From Spirochaetia bacterium (GTDB lineage: Bacteria > Spirochaetota > Spirochaetia > DSM-2461): DNA of 64,000 nucleotides. Shown here in pieces: positions 19,486 through 29,161 of this stretch. Positions within the stretch are counted from its first letter, which is position 1. The number at the start of each line of letters is the position of its first letter. The notes below the pieces were generated by a model, which was not told where the DNA came from, did no database searches, and saw only the letters and a program-made list of their open reading frames with translations. Location: the NCBI GenBank assembly GCA_963666985.2, contig CAXXIA010000001.1, positions 32,001 to 96,000 of the forward strand. Reading direction: 5' to 3'. The position numbers and the translations under genes are program-made.

Positions 19486-19708
19486 CTTCTCCCCCGGACA
19501 GACTCGCCCTTCACTTCGGGAACATCGTGTTCCCTCGTTTAGGGACGCCTCGTCATCTTTCGCCGCATCCTGCGGGCTCAGCGCTCCAAGTATTCGCGCC
19601 CGACTCCTCACTTCGAGTCTTTCAGAGAGGTCCGTTACATACGAATTGTTATAAAAAAAAATAAGCCTGACACTGCTGTGTCAGGCTCTTCTCCCCCGGA
19701 CAGACTCG
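19481..19708. repeat. 26-bp direct repeat (tRNA-Asn 3' end plus 8 flanking nt) enclosing a structured element
   Basis: aggctcttctcccccggacagactcg at 19481-19506 and 19683-19708. Confidence 0.9.
19653..19687 (-). terminator. Intrinsic terminator of tRNA-Asn
   Basis: agcctgacac-tgct-gtgtcaggct stem with a T-rich tail on the minus strand. Confidence 0.8.
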
Positions 19709-19763
19709 AACTGCCGACCTAGTGGTTAACAGCCACCCGCTCTACCAACTGAGCTACAGGGGA
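19691..19763 (-). tRNA. tRNA-Asn (GTT), CCA not encoded
   Basis: Cloverleaf TCCCCTG/CGGGGGA acceptor, GGTGG-CTGTTAA-CCACT anticodon arm, TTCGAGT T-loop. Promoter TTGACA (19806-19801)-17-TATATT. Confidence 0.97.
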
Positions 19764-19959
19764 ATGACGTGATGCCGAATATATCGAAATCCCGAATTCG
19801 TGTCAACACAATCATGTTCAATAGCTCGATTTCCCTTGCAGGGAAGGATTAAGCCCCCCTGCATGCGAGCCGTTTCGTCCTATATCCGGCCGGTATTTCC
19901 GGAGAAGCGCAAAAGCGGTTAACCGCGGACGCTTTCCGCCGGATCATCTTTTTTTTCGG

Positions 19960-20316
19960 TTAAGAAACTCCAAGCTCTTCTTTGATAATTTTCTCAAATG
20001 TCGCCTTTGGAAGAGCTCCCGCAGCCATTTGAGGCTGCCCCTCAACGGGAATAAACAGAATGGAGGGAATGCTTTGGATACCGAAGGCTCCCGCGAGTTC
20101 CTGCTGTTCCTCGGTATTGACTTTCCAGACATTCAGTTTACCGGCATATTCTTCGGAAAGCTGTTCGATAATGGGCGCCACCATTTTACAGGGCCCGCAC
20201 CAGTCGGCGTAGAAGTCGATGATTCCGGGGATATCGCCTTTATAGTTCCATTCCTTTTCCGCTGTATAGTCGAAAACCTTTTCTTTGAACGTTTCGACGG
20301 TCAGATGTTCGGCCAT
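19960..20316 (-). CDS. trxA: Thioredoxin
   Basis: DFYADWCGPCK, SIP cis-proline loop. Confidence 0.95.
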   Translation of the reverse strand: MAEHLTVETFKEKVFDYTAEKEWNYKGDIPGIIDFYADWCGPCKMVAPIIEQLSEEYAGKLNVWKVNTEEQQELAGAFGIQSIPSILFIPVEGQPQMAAGALPKATFEKIIKEELGVS

Positions 20317-20444
20317 CCTAATCTCCTTCGGCGGTCATGCCGCGGTTTGTATATATAAAAATATATATAACGGATCGATTCGGCAAGACAAAGATCAACG
20401 GTTCTGCCGAAACCTGCCGCAATCCGACCGGCCGATAACGTTTT

Positions 20445-21743
20445 TCAAGAACCGAGAAAGGTTTTAATCGCCTCGGCCAGCGTTCGGTAGGTTCGGCGCC
20501 TTTTTTCGTCATCGTTCTCCAGCAGCGTCATGCGGAATCCGTGAAGTTCGCTGCAGAATCCGCTTAAAGGAACCGCGCAGATGCCGGTGGCGCCAAGAAG
20601 CCAGTAGACGAACCGTTTGTCGGGGGCGACTCCGGCGGCGATTTCCGCAACCTTTTTTTCCACGGCCGGAATGGGACAGGGCGGAAGCGGATGATTCACC
20701 GGAAGTTCCTTGTCGAATACGACCGTCAGGTAGAAGGCTCCGCTGGGTTTGATGCAGGTGATTCCCTGAACGCCTTTGAGGATGGAAATCACTTCATCCG
20801 CCCTGTCGGAGAACATGGCGGCGCGGCGTTCCAGATGCTTCGGATAACGGGGATCGGAATAAACCCGGGGAATGGCCAGTTGAGGCAATGTGGTGGAACA
20901 GACTTCCAGACGTTTGGCGTCCAGAAGACTGGTTATATAGCGCCGGAAGATATCGTCCTTGTTCTGATTGAAGATTTCCATCCAGCCGCAGCGGGCGCCC
21001 GGCCACGGAAATTCCTTGGAAATGCTTCTCATGGCTATTCCCGGGACATCTCCGATGACTTCGCTGAGCGCCGCGGTGTTGATTCCCGGATAAACAATGT
21101 TCGCATAGGTTTCGTCCGCCAGGACGAAAAGGTCGAACTTTCGGGCTATATCGACGATGCCTTCAAGGATGGGACGGGGATAAACCGCTCCGGTGGGATT
21201 GTCCGGGTTGATCAAAAGGATGCCCGCTATCGAGTCGTTATAGCGCGCTTTCATCCTGATGTCGTCCAAATCCGGAAGCCAGCCGTTGTTCGGGTCCAGC
21301 CGGTAGGTTAAATGCTCATAACCCGAATGAGAGGCCTCGGCCGAGGAAAGCGTGGAATAAGCGGGGGATGGGCCCAGAACGCGCGCCTCTCTTCTCAGAT
21401 GAGCGAACAGGGTGGATACGGCGTCTCCCAATCCGTTGAAGAACAGAATGTCGTCCTCGCCGATGGCGGTTCCTCCGCGCTTGTTGACAACCTCGGCCAG
21501 AAAAGAGCGGGTTTCGGCATCGCCCGCCGAAGCCGTGTAGCCGTATGTTATATCTTCGTTAACCAGTCCGGTCACGATTTCTTTAATCCAATCCGGCATC
21601 GGCTCGCCTTTATGGATGGGATCGCCGATATTCTCCAGGATGATTTCCGTGCCCATGGCCGCGAAAGTCTGCGCCGTTTTTACGATTTCCCGGATTTCAT
21701 AGCGGAGCTGACCCGCCCCCTCGTGCACGATGTCTCGTCTCAT
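20445..21743 (-). CDS. PLP-dependent class I/II aminotransferase, AlaA-like (probable alanine transaminase)
   Basis: YEIR...NIGDP N-terminus, INPDNPTGAVY, DETY, SISK...PGARCGW. AAGGAGG precedes ATG 21743. The upstream poly-Ala leader supports an alanine link. Confidence 0.8.
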   Translation of the reverse strand: MRRDIVHEGAGQLRYEIREIVKTAQTFAAMGTEIILENIGDPIHKGEPMPDWIKEIVTGLVNEDITYGYTASAGDAETRSFLAEVVNKRGGTAIGEDDILFFNGLGDAVSTLFAHLRREARVLGPSPAYSTLSSAEASHSGYEHLTYRLDPNNGWLPDLDDIRMKARYNDSIAGILLINPDNPTGAVYPRPILEGIVDIARKFDLFVLADETYANIVYPGINTAALSEVIGDVPGIAMRSISKEFPWPGARCGWMEIFNQNKDDIFRRYITSLLDAKRLEVCSTTLPQLAIPRVYSDPRYPKHLERRAAMFSDRADEVISILKGVQGITCIKPSGAFYLTVVFDKELPVNHPLPPCPIPAVEKKVAEIAAGVAPDKRFVYWLLGATGICAVPLSGFCSELHGFRMTLLENDDEKRRRTYRTLAEAIKTFLGS

Positions 21744-21800
21744 GTTTCCTTCCTTAAGATCCATGACCGCGGCCGTCCGATGCTTGCTTCGGCCGGGCAT

Positions 21801-21839
21801 AAAAAAAGACCGCGGCCGTCGGAACGTCGGCTACGGTCT
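21801..21839 (-). terminator. Attenuator terminator (3:4 stem plus U tract) upstream of the aminotransferase
   Basis: Minus strand agaccgtagccg-acgttccga-cggccgcggtct-tttttt. Confidence 0.85.
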
Positions 21840-21864
21840 GAATTTCTTAAAACTCACCGCAGCC

Positions 21865-21924
21865 CTATATGGCGGCCGCGGCGGCGGCGAATAGAGATCT
21901 TATAGATCGTTGATTCTCCGTCAT
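21865..21924 (-). CDS. Leader peptide MTENQRSIRSLFAAAAAAI (six tandem Ala codons)
   Basis: ATG ACG GAG AAT CAA CGA TCT ATA AGA TCT CTA TTC GCC GCC GCC GCG GCC GCC ATA TAG; directly after promoter TTGACC-17-TATGGT. Confidence 0.8.
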   Translation of the reverse strand: MTENQRSIRSLFAAAAAAI

Positions 21925-22100
21925 GTGCACACCATACAGGCGGGCGGCCTATGGGTCAAGAGAAAGGTGTGCCGGCCGATCCGATATTATTCAGATCCTC
22001 ATTTTCCGAATGAAACGGGAAATTGCGGGAATCGCCGCGTAAATCCGTAAAGCCGGGAATCGCGCGAAGCTCAAAGGAATCGGCTCAATGGGAAATAAAT

Positions 22101-22193
22101 AATGCAATCCCGCATTAAACGGTGATGCGGCAATGCATTAAAAATCTCTTTTACCGCCTTTAAACGGCTCTTTTGCTCAGGCACGTTTTTTGC
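22101..22193 (+). promoter_or_regulatory. Sigma54 (-24/-12) promoter with two upstream enhancer-like palindromes
   Basis: caGGCACgttttTTGCa (GG 22180-81, GC 22192-93); ATGC-N6-GCAT at 22101-22116 and 22124-22139. Confidence 0.8.
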
Positions 22194-22222
22194 ATTATGC
22201 GGCATGACCATAGGAGGAATCC

Positions 22223-23065
22223 ATGAGCGATCTGAAGACAAAGACGATTATCACTGTGGCGCCGACCGGTGCATGGCCCGGTAAAAAAGACAATCCGGCG
22301 ATTCCGTTGACTCCCGCGGAAATCGCCGATGATGTTGTTGCCTGCCGGAAATCCGGAGCGGCCGTTGCCCATCTGCATATGCGAAACGATGAGGGAAAGG
22401 GCAGTATGGACAAGGGCAAGTTCATCGAAACGGTAAAGCGAATCCGTGATCGGTGCGATATTGTACTGAATCTCACCACATCCGGCGATTTGGATGCCAC
22501 CGATGAAACACGTATGGCTCACTTCATCGAATTGAAGCCGGAATTCGCGTCATACGACTGCGGTTCAATGAACTGGCTGCACAGCAGTTTGTTCCTGAAT
22601 CATCCGAAATTTCTGGAAAACCTTGCCGTCGCGATGAAAGAGAACGGCGTAAAACCCGAAATAGAAGTTTTCGACGCGAGTTTTCTGTATAACGCCCTGT
22701 ATTACGAGAAGAAAGGATTTTTGCAGGCTCCGCTGCACTTTCAGTTTGTGCTCGGAGCGGCGGGCGGAATCGCCGCCACGGTAGAGAATCTGGTTTTCTT
22801 AAAGAGCCTGCTGCCTCCGGGGGCCACATGGTCCGCGTTCGGGATAGGACGCGGGCATCTGCCCATTTTGCTGACCACGATTGCCTTGGGCGGGCATGTC
22901 CGCGTGGGGATGGAAGATAACGTTCTTTACGCCAAAGACCGCTTGGCCTCATCCAACAGCGAATTTGTCGAACGAACGGTCCGAATCCTGGCCGAAGCGA
23001 ACAGAGAGCCCGCTACACCCGAGGAAGCCCGGGAAATCCTGGGCGTGAAGCGGAGAGCCTCATGA
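22223..23065 (+). CDS. Beta-keto acid cleavage enzyme (BKACE / Kce, DUF849)
   Basis: IITVAPTG, GAAVAHLHMR, KPEIEVFD, GGHVRVGMEDN. Confidence 0.92.
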   Translation: MSDLKTKTIITVAPTGAWPGKKDNPAIPLTPAEIADDVVACRKSGAAVAHLHMRNDEGKGSMDKGKFIETVKRIRDRCDIVLNLTTSGDLDATDETRMAHFIELKPEFASYDCGSMNWLHSSLFLNHPKFLENLAVAMKENGVKPEIEVFDASFLYNALYYEKKGFLQAPLHFQFVLGAAGGIAATVENLVFLKSLLPPGATWSAFGIGRGHLPILLTTIALGGHVRVGMEDNVLYAKDRLASSNSEFVERTVRILAEANREPATPEEAREILGVKRRAS

Positions 23066-24033
23066 TTCGCACGGTGGGTGTTCTCGGTGCGGGAACCATG
23101 GGGCACGGCATCGCCGAAGCCTTCGCGATTCACGGATATCCGGTCAATCTTTATGAACCGAATTCGGCGATTCTCGGGAGCGTGAAAGATGTTATCGGCG
23201 ACGAGCTCCGGCTTCTGGCCCGCGAAGAGGTGATTGAGGAATCGGCCGTTTCCGATATTTTGGATCGAATCACTCTCTTCGATAATCTTGAAGATGCACT
23301 CCGGGACAGGGATTACGTTATCGAAGCGGCGCCGGAACGCATCGAAATAAAGAAAGAACTTTTTAAGCGAATGGACGATGCTTGTCCGGCCGAATGCATT
23401 CTGGCCAGCAACACATCCAGTTTGAAGCTGATGGATATGGCCGAGGATCTTCCGGAAGAACGGAAGAAGAGAATGATGGTTTGTCATTGGTACAATCCCG
23501 GCCATATCATGCCCATCGCCGAGCTGTCGTTTTTCGGCAACATGCCGGAATCACTCTATAACGAAGTTCGGGATCTCTACCGTTCCATCGGAAAACAGCC
23601 GGTGAAGGTTCTGAAGGATATTCCCGGTCTTTTGGCCAACCGCATTCAGCAGGCCGTGGCTCGGGAAGTGTTCTCTCTGATTGAGATGGGAGCGGCATCT
23701 CCTGAAGACATCGACAAGGCTCTTATTTTCGGACCGGCATTTCGATATGCAACGTCCGGCCAGCTTGAAATCGCGGATTTCGGCGGTTTGGATATTTGGG
23801 CCGTTGTCGGCGACAACCTTCTGGCGGTTATGGACAACAGCCGCCGGGCGAATCAGCTCATTAAACGACAGGTAGAGGAGGGCAAACTCGGACTGAAAAG
23901 CGGAGAAGGTTTTTTCACCTATCCCGAGGATCGTAAAGCGGACATCCGGGAGCGTTATATGCTGAGACTTATCCATCAGCTTAAGGCTTCGGATTATTAT
24001 GTAACTTCTCATAATGAAAAGGAGAAATCATGA
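23062..24033 (+). CDS. 3-hydroxyacyl-CoA dehydrogenase family protein
   Basis: GAGTMG Rossmann motif, IEAAPE, LASNTSS, HWYNP, PGLLANRIQ. Confidence 0.9.
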   Translation: MIRTVGVLGAGTMGHGIAEAFAIHGYPVNLYEPNSAILGSVKDVIGDELRLLAREEVIEESAVSDILDRITLFDNLEDALRDRDYVIEAAPERIEIKKELFKRMDDACPAECILASNTSSLKLMDMAEDLPEERKKRMMVCHWYNPGHIMPIAELSFFGNMPESLYNEVRDLYRSIGKQPVKVLKDIPGLLANRIQQAVAREVFSLIEMGAASPEDIDKALIFGPAFRYATSGQLEIADFGGLDIWAVVGDNLLAVMDNSRRANQLIKRQVEEGKLGLKSGEGFFTYPEDRKADIRERYMLRLIHQLKASDYYVTSHNEKEKS

Positions 24034-25403
24034 CAGCTGCTGCAGCAAAAAAGGAGAAGACGGGAACACCGTTGTGGCGCCTTTCGAAAAAATTCAATTT
24101 CGCGGCGGACAAGGTTATTCCGGAGTCCTTCGTCTTCTGTATCATCCTGACGTTTATTGTCTTTATCTTGGCTTTGATTTTCACCAAGTCGGGACCGATG
24201 AATCTCATTACCTTCTGGTTCAATGGTTTGTGGTCCATGATCGGTTTCGCTTTCCAGATGACCATCATGGTTGTTCTGACCAGCATGGCCGCCAAGTCGC
24301 CCCAATTGGAGAAGATCCTTTCGAAAGTGGCCGCCGCGCCGAAGACTCCCGCCGCCGCTTATGCGGTTCTTATCATCTTCGCCACCGTCGCCAGCTGGAT
24401 TAACTGGGCTTTCGGAACCATCCTTTCTCCCGTTCTTGCCATGTACCTCTCCAAGAACATCAAGAAGGTCCATTTCCCTCTGATGATCGCCGCGGGATAC
24501 GCCTGTATGGTAATGATTCAGCCGATCTGTCCGAGCATCTCCGCCGTGGCGCTGCTGGCCTCTCCGGATCATTTCATGGTGGATAAGATCGGTGTTCTGC
24601 CCGTTTCATCGACCGCGTTCAATCCCCTGGGCCTTATCATGGTCGGCGTTCTTTTCGTCGTAACCCTTATCGTCACCATTCGTACGATACCGCCGGACGA
24701 TGAGCTGGTGGAATTCACCGGTGATATTCGAACCGGAAATGATGTATTCAATGAAAAGGGAGAAATTATTACTCTCGCCGACAGGATGAACAGCAGCCGC
24801 ATCATCATGCTGATTACGGCCCTCATCGGAACCGCCTATATCGTTTTCCATGCCGTAAAAGGTCAAAGCTTGTCGCTGAACTTCATCATTTTCCTGTTTC
24901 TCATTTTGGATCTCTACCTTTACAAAACTCCCAAAGGTTTCATAGACGGTGTGAAGGAAAACATGCACCTGGCCACAAACGTTATGATTCAGTTCCCCTT
25001 CTACGGAGGCATTATGGGCGTTATGGCTTCCTCCGGACTGACCATGGTGCTGGCCAACGGTCTTGTGTTCCTTTCTTCCGAGAAAACCATCTACTGGGCG
25101 TCTTATGTCTCGGCTTCCATCGTCAACCTGTTTGTACCTTCCCAGGGCGGTCAGTGGATTGTACAGGGGCCCATCCTCGTGGAAGCGGCCAAATCCTTCA
25201 ACGCCCATATGCCCTCCATCGTTACGGCTTTCATGCTGGGAGATGAGGCCACCAACCTTATTCAGCCTCTCTACATTATTCCCGCTTTGGCTCTGGTGGA
25301 TATGAAGCTGAAAACGGCCTGGGGATTTATGGCCTTCATCTGGTTTATCTGGTTTATCGTAACCACCATCGGACTTCTCGTTCTGCCCATGATTCTTCTT
25401 TGA
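24030..25403 (+). CDS. Short-chain fatty acid transporter (AtoE family)
   Basis: Polytopic; 'FAFQM', 'AAGY', 'QFPFYGGIMG', 'NLFVPSQGGQW'. Confidence 0.85.
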   Translation: MTAAAAKKEKTGTPLWRLSKKFNFAADKVIPESFVFCIILTFIVFILALIFTKSGPMNLITFWFNGLWSMIGFAFQMTIMVVLTSMAAKSPQLEKILSKVAAAPKTPAAAYAVLIIFATVASWINWAFGTILSPVLAMYLSKNIKKVHFPLMIAAGYACMVMIQPICPSISAVALLASPDHFMVDKIGVLPVSSTAFNPLGLIMVGVLFVVTLIVTIRTIPPDDELVEFTGDIRTGNDVFNEKGEIITLADRMNSSRIIMLITALIGTAYIVFHAVKGQSLSLNFIIFLFLILDLYLYKTPKGFIDGVKENMHLATNVMIQFPFYGGIMGVMASSGLTMVLANGLVFLSSEKTIYWASYVSASIVNLFVPSQGGQWIVQGPILVEAAKSFNAHMPSIVTAFMLGDEATNLIQPLYIIPALALVDMKLKTAWGFMAFIWFIWFIVTTIGLLVLPMILL

Positions 25404-25418
25404 TTCCAAGATCAATCG

Positions 25419-25476
25419 AACCTTCCGATTTTCGTCCCCCTTTCATTAAGGGGACGGAACGGAAGGTTTTTCTTTT
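25419..25476 (+). terminator. Intrinsic terminator after the AtoE-like gene
   Basis: aaccttccg..tcgtcccc...ggggacgga..cggaaggtt followed by a T tract. Confidence 0.7.
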
Positions 25477-25509
25477 GTCCGCCGCAGGCTTATCGTACAA
25501 TAGGGTGTT

Positions 25510-26970
25510 ATGAATTCAATCCGTGTATCGGACATTGCTCTTTCTGAGGCCGAATCTTTTGCCCGCTGGAGTACCTCCGACAGCCGAAGGATGCTCGGAA
25601 TCGATTCTTTCGCCATTGCCGATGCCGTCGGATACGGAATCTATGTTATCAACGATCAGTCCGTTATTACCGATGCAAACCGCACCTACCGGGAACTTAC
25701 CGGAATGTGGCCCAAGGAGTTTCTGGGGAAAAGCGTTCGGCAGGTTCTGGACGGATTTTTCGTCAACAGCCGGGCGGTGGCGGTGCAGGCGCTGGAAACC
25801 GGCCGTAAGGCCACCGGACTGGGGCGGCCGAAGAGGGTGGATAAGGATCTGCTGGTTACCGCCATTCCGGTTTTCGACGAACAGGAACACGTGGTAAGTG
25901 TCGTAACGGTCCTTCGTGATGTTACCGAAGAACTTCGGTTGCAGCGCCAACTCGATAAGAATTTGGAAATTACCGAAATCTATCAGCAGGAATTGGATTA
26001 TTACCGATCCCGCGAGCGCGGAACACGGCTTCTGATGGGAATCACCGAGGGGATGGAACAGATTAAAACCCTCATCACTCAAGTGGCGCCGGTGGATACC
26101 ACCGTTCTTATTTCCGGAGAAACGGGAGTGGGAAAGGAGGTTGTTTCTCATGAGATTCATAACCGCAGTCACCGGAAGGATTATCCGTATATCAAAGTGA
26201 ACTGCGCGGCCATCCCCGCGTCGCTCATGGAAAGTGAACTTTTCGGCTACGAGAGGGGAGCCTTCACGGGAGCCGACAGCAAACGGAAGCTCGGATATTT
26301 CGAAACGGCCAACCATGGGACCATTCTTCTGGATGAAATCGGGGAAATCCCCTGCCTCTTCAGGCCAAGCTGCTGCGCGTTCTTCAGGAGAGGGAGCTCA
26401 GACGACTGGGAGGTTCTTCTCCGATAAAAGTGGATGTCAGGATTATCGCGTCCACCAATAAGAACCTAAAAAAAGAAGTGGCGGACGGCCTTTTCCGAAG
26501 GGATCTGTATTATCGTCTCTGCGTTATTCCCATTGAGATTCCGCCCCTTCGGGAACGAACCGGCGACATCCCTATCTTGGCCGAGCATTTCCTGAATGAG
26601 TTCAACAGCCGTTACGCGGCGACCAAGAAGATTTCCCTGAAAGCCTTTGAAGTTTTTAATAGGTATGAGTGGCCGGGGAACGTCCGGGAACTGGAAAATA
26701 TCATTGAGCGTTTGGTGGTAGTGACAAAATCTGATATTATCGATGAAAATGATGTATGTGGTGTTCTTTTCGGAATGGCCGGCGGAACCGCCCCCGGTGA
26801 GGCCGGTTCGACGTCTTTCCAAGACACGGTAAACCATCTGGAGAAGACCCTTATAGAGAAACGCCTTAATGGAAACCGGGAGTTCCTATAAAGCCGCCGA
26901 AAGATTGGGGATGAATCAATCCACCGTCATTCGTAAGGCTCAAAAGTATGGAATTGCACGATGGCGATAA
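25510..26970 (+). CDS. PAS-domain sigma54-dependent activator, split by two frameshifts (~26350, ~26865)
   Basis: PAS, GETGVGKE, ESELFGYERGAFTGA; continues in other frames as LQAKLLRVLQE, WPGNVRELEN and HTH 'AAERLGMNQSTVIRKAQKYG', stop at 26968-26970. Confidence 0.85.
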
Positions 26971-27082
26971 AATCGTCGTCTTGATATATATCTTATTTTT
27001 TTGTCCCAGGTTGGGCGAATAAACAAAATGAAGACAACTCATCCCGGATAAAATCCCGGGAATTAGGAAATGGAGTACATTC

Positions 27083-29148
27083 ATGTTAAAACTGACTATT
27101 TTTTGCCGGTATTGCCGCCGGCACGGGAGCCCTTGCGTATGCGGCTTTCAGGTCTCTCTGGATACGGAAGAAACCGGTTGAGAACGATCGTCTGGAGCAG
27201 ATTTCAGGCTTTATCAGCTCCGGTTCCATGACATTCCTGAAAAAGGAATATCAGTCGCTTTTGCCTTTTGTTTTGGTCGTGGCCGGATTCCTTTACATAG
27301 GGAATGACGGTCCCATTCGGTATCAATCGATATCGTTCCTGAGCCGGTGCCTTTACCAGCGCTTTGGCCGGTTTTATCGGTATGCGGGTGGCGACGATGT
27401 CCAACAGCAGAACCACGCATGCGGCTCTTGGAGGAATCGACTCCGCGCTTTCTGTTTCTTTTGCGGGAGGATCGGTTATCGGTATGAGTGTCGTGGGGCT
27501 GGTTCTTTTCGGGATGGCGGCGACTCTCTGGGCATCCACCGCCGCATTCGGAATATCCGAAGTGGTTATGGGTGAGGTTGTGATGCCGATTTTGAGCGGA
27601 TTCAGCCTGGGCGCCTCCCTCCATCGCCCTTTTTGCACGTCTCGGCGGTGGAATTTTCACCAAGGCCGCGGATGTCGGAGCCGATCTGGTTGGTAAGGTG
27701 GAAGCCGGCATTCCGGAAGACGACCCGCGGAATCCCGCTACCATCGCGGATAACGTCGGTGATAATGTTGGGGATGTTGCAGGCATGGGGGCCGACCTTT
27801 TTGAATCCTTCGTGGGTTCTCTTCTGGGAGCCATGATTCTTGCCTTTTGCCGTCGGCTCGTCTCTTGAAGAAAAGTTCAAGCTGATGGCTATTCCGATCA
27901 TTCTTGGAGCCGTCGGAGCCGTCGCTTCTATTATTGGAACATTTTTTGTTCGTACCCGCGGGAAACGTTCGCCTCAGGCCGCTTTGAATATCGGAACATT
28001 CGGGGCCGCCATCCTTTCCGCCGCTATTGCTTTGCCTATTCTGCTGGCACTTTTCGGCCGGGAAGAAACGGCCGGAGGTATAAGTGCTTACCGCATCTAT
28101 TTCTCTATACTTGCCGGTATGATTACCGGAACGGGAATCGGACTGACAACCGAATGGTTCACAGGAACCGGAACAACGGCCGGTAAAGAGTATCGTTAAA
28201 TCATCGGAAACGGGTCCGGCCACAACCATTATCACCGGTATCGGAATGGGAATGCTCTCCACGTTTTTCCCCATTATTCTTATTGCCGCCGCGGTCATTC
28301 TGGGGAATGTGTTTGCCGGATTGTACGGCGTGGCCATCGCGGCGGTCGGTATGCTGATAACCTTGGGAATCCAGCTGGCGGTTGACGCCTACGGTCCCAT
28401 CGCCGATAACGCCGGAGGTTTGGCGGTGATGTGCGATTACCCGGCCGATGTCCGGGAGATTACCGATAAGCTTGATGCCGTGGGAAATACAACCGCCGCT
28501 GTGGGAAAAGGATTCGCCATCGGTTCGGCCGCACTGACGGGTATTATTCTCCTCAACAGCTTTCGGGCCACTCTGGGCATGGGAGCCATCGATCTTTCTT
28601 CGGCTCCCGTTCTTATCGGCGTTATTCTCGGTGCGATGCTGCCGTATGTTTTCAGTGCTTTGGCCATGAATTCCATCGGAACCGCCGCCTTTGAAATGAT
28701 TGAGGAAGTCCGCCGGCAGTTCAAGGAAAACCCTGAAATCCTTGACGGAGAAAAGCTGCCCGATTACGACCGATGTATCGGTATTTCCACGCAGAGCGCG
28801 CTGAAACAGATGCGGCTTCCGGGTTTGATTGCCCTTGCCGCCCCCCTCCTTGTCGGCTTTCTCGGCGGGGCTTCCATGCTTGTCGGACTTTTAGTGGGTG
28901 TAACGGCCAGCGGCGTTGTCTTAGCGGTATTCCTGGCCAATTCCGGCGGCGCATGGGACAATGCCAAGAAGATGATTGAAGCCGGTGAAGGCGGCGGCCG
29001 GGGAAGCGATGCTCATAAAGCGGCGGTTATCGGCGATACCGTCGGAGATCCGTTTAAGGATACCGCCGGTCCGGCATTGAATATCTTGATCAAGCTGATG
29101 TCGGTTGTTTCCCTGGTGATTGCCCCGATGCTCACCCGGGGTTTGTAA
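27083..29148 (+). CDS. hppA: Membrane-bound K+-dependent (probably Na+-translocating) pyrophosphatase with about five frameshifts
   Basis: Across frames: [86 protein letters not shown]. Confidence 0.9.
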
Positions 29149-29161
29149 AAAGGAGTCCTCC

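Noticed and set aside
19481..19630. Second tRNA gene, intron-containing tRNA or tmRNA
   Set aside because: Only the 3' T-arm/acceptor strand is present; no 5' acceptor, D arm or anticodon arm, and no tag ORF.
21800..21924. T-box riboswitch upstream of the aminotransferase
   Set aside because: No AATNNAGGTGGNACC T-box motif or long stem I; the leader-peptide model explains all the pairings.
27083..29148. Programmed frameshifting in hppA
   Set aside because: Too many shifts, no canonical slippery site with a stimulator, and the neighbouring gene is affected too.
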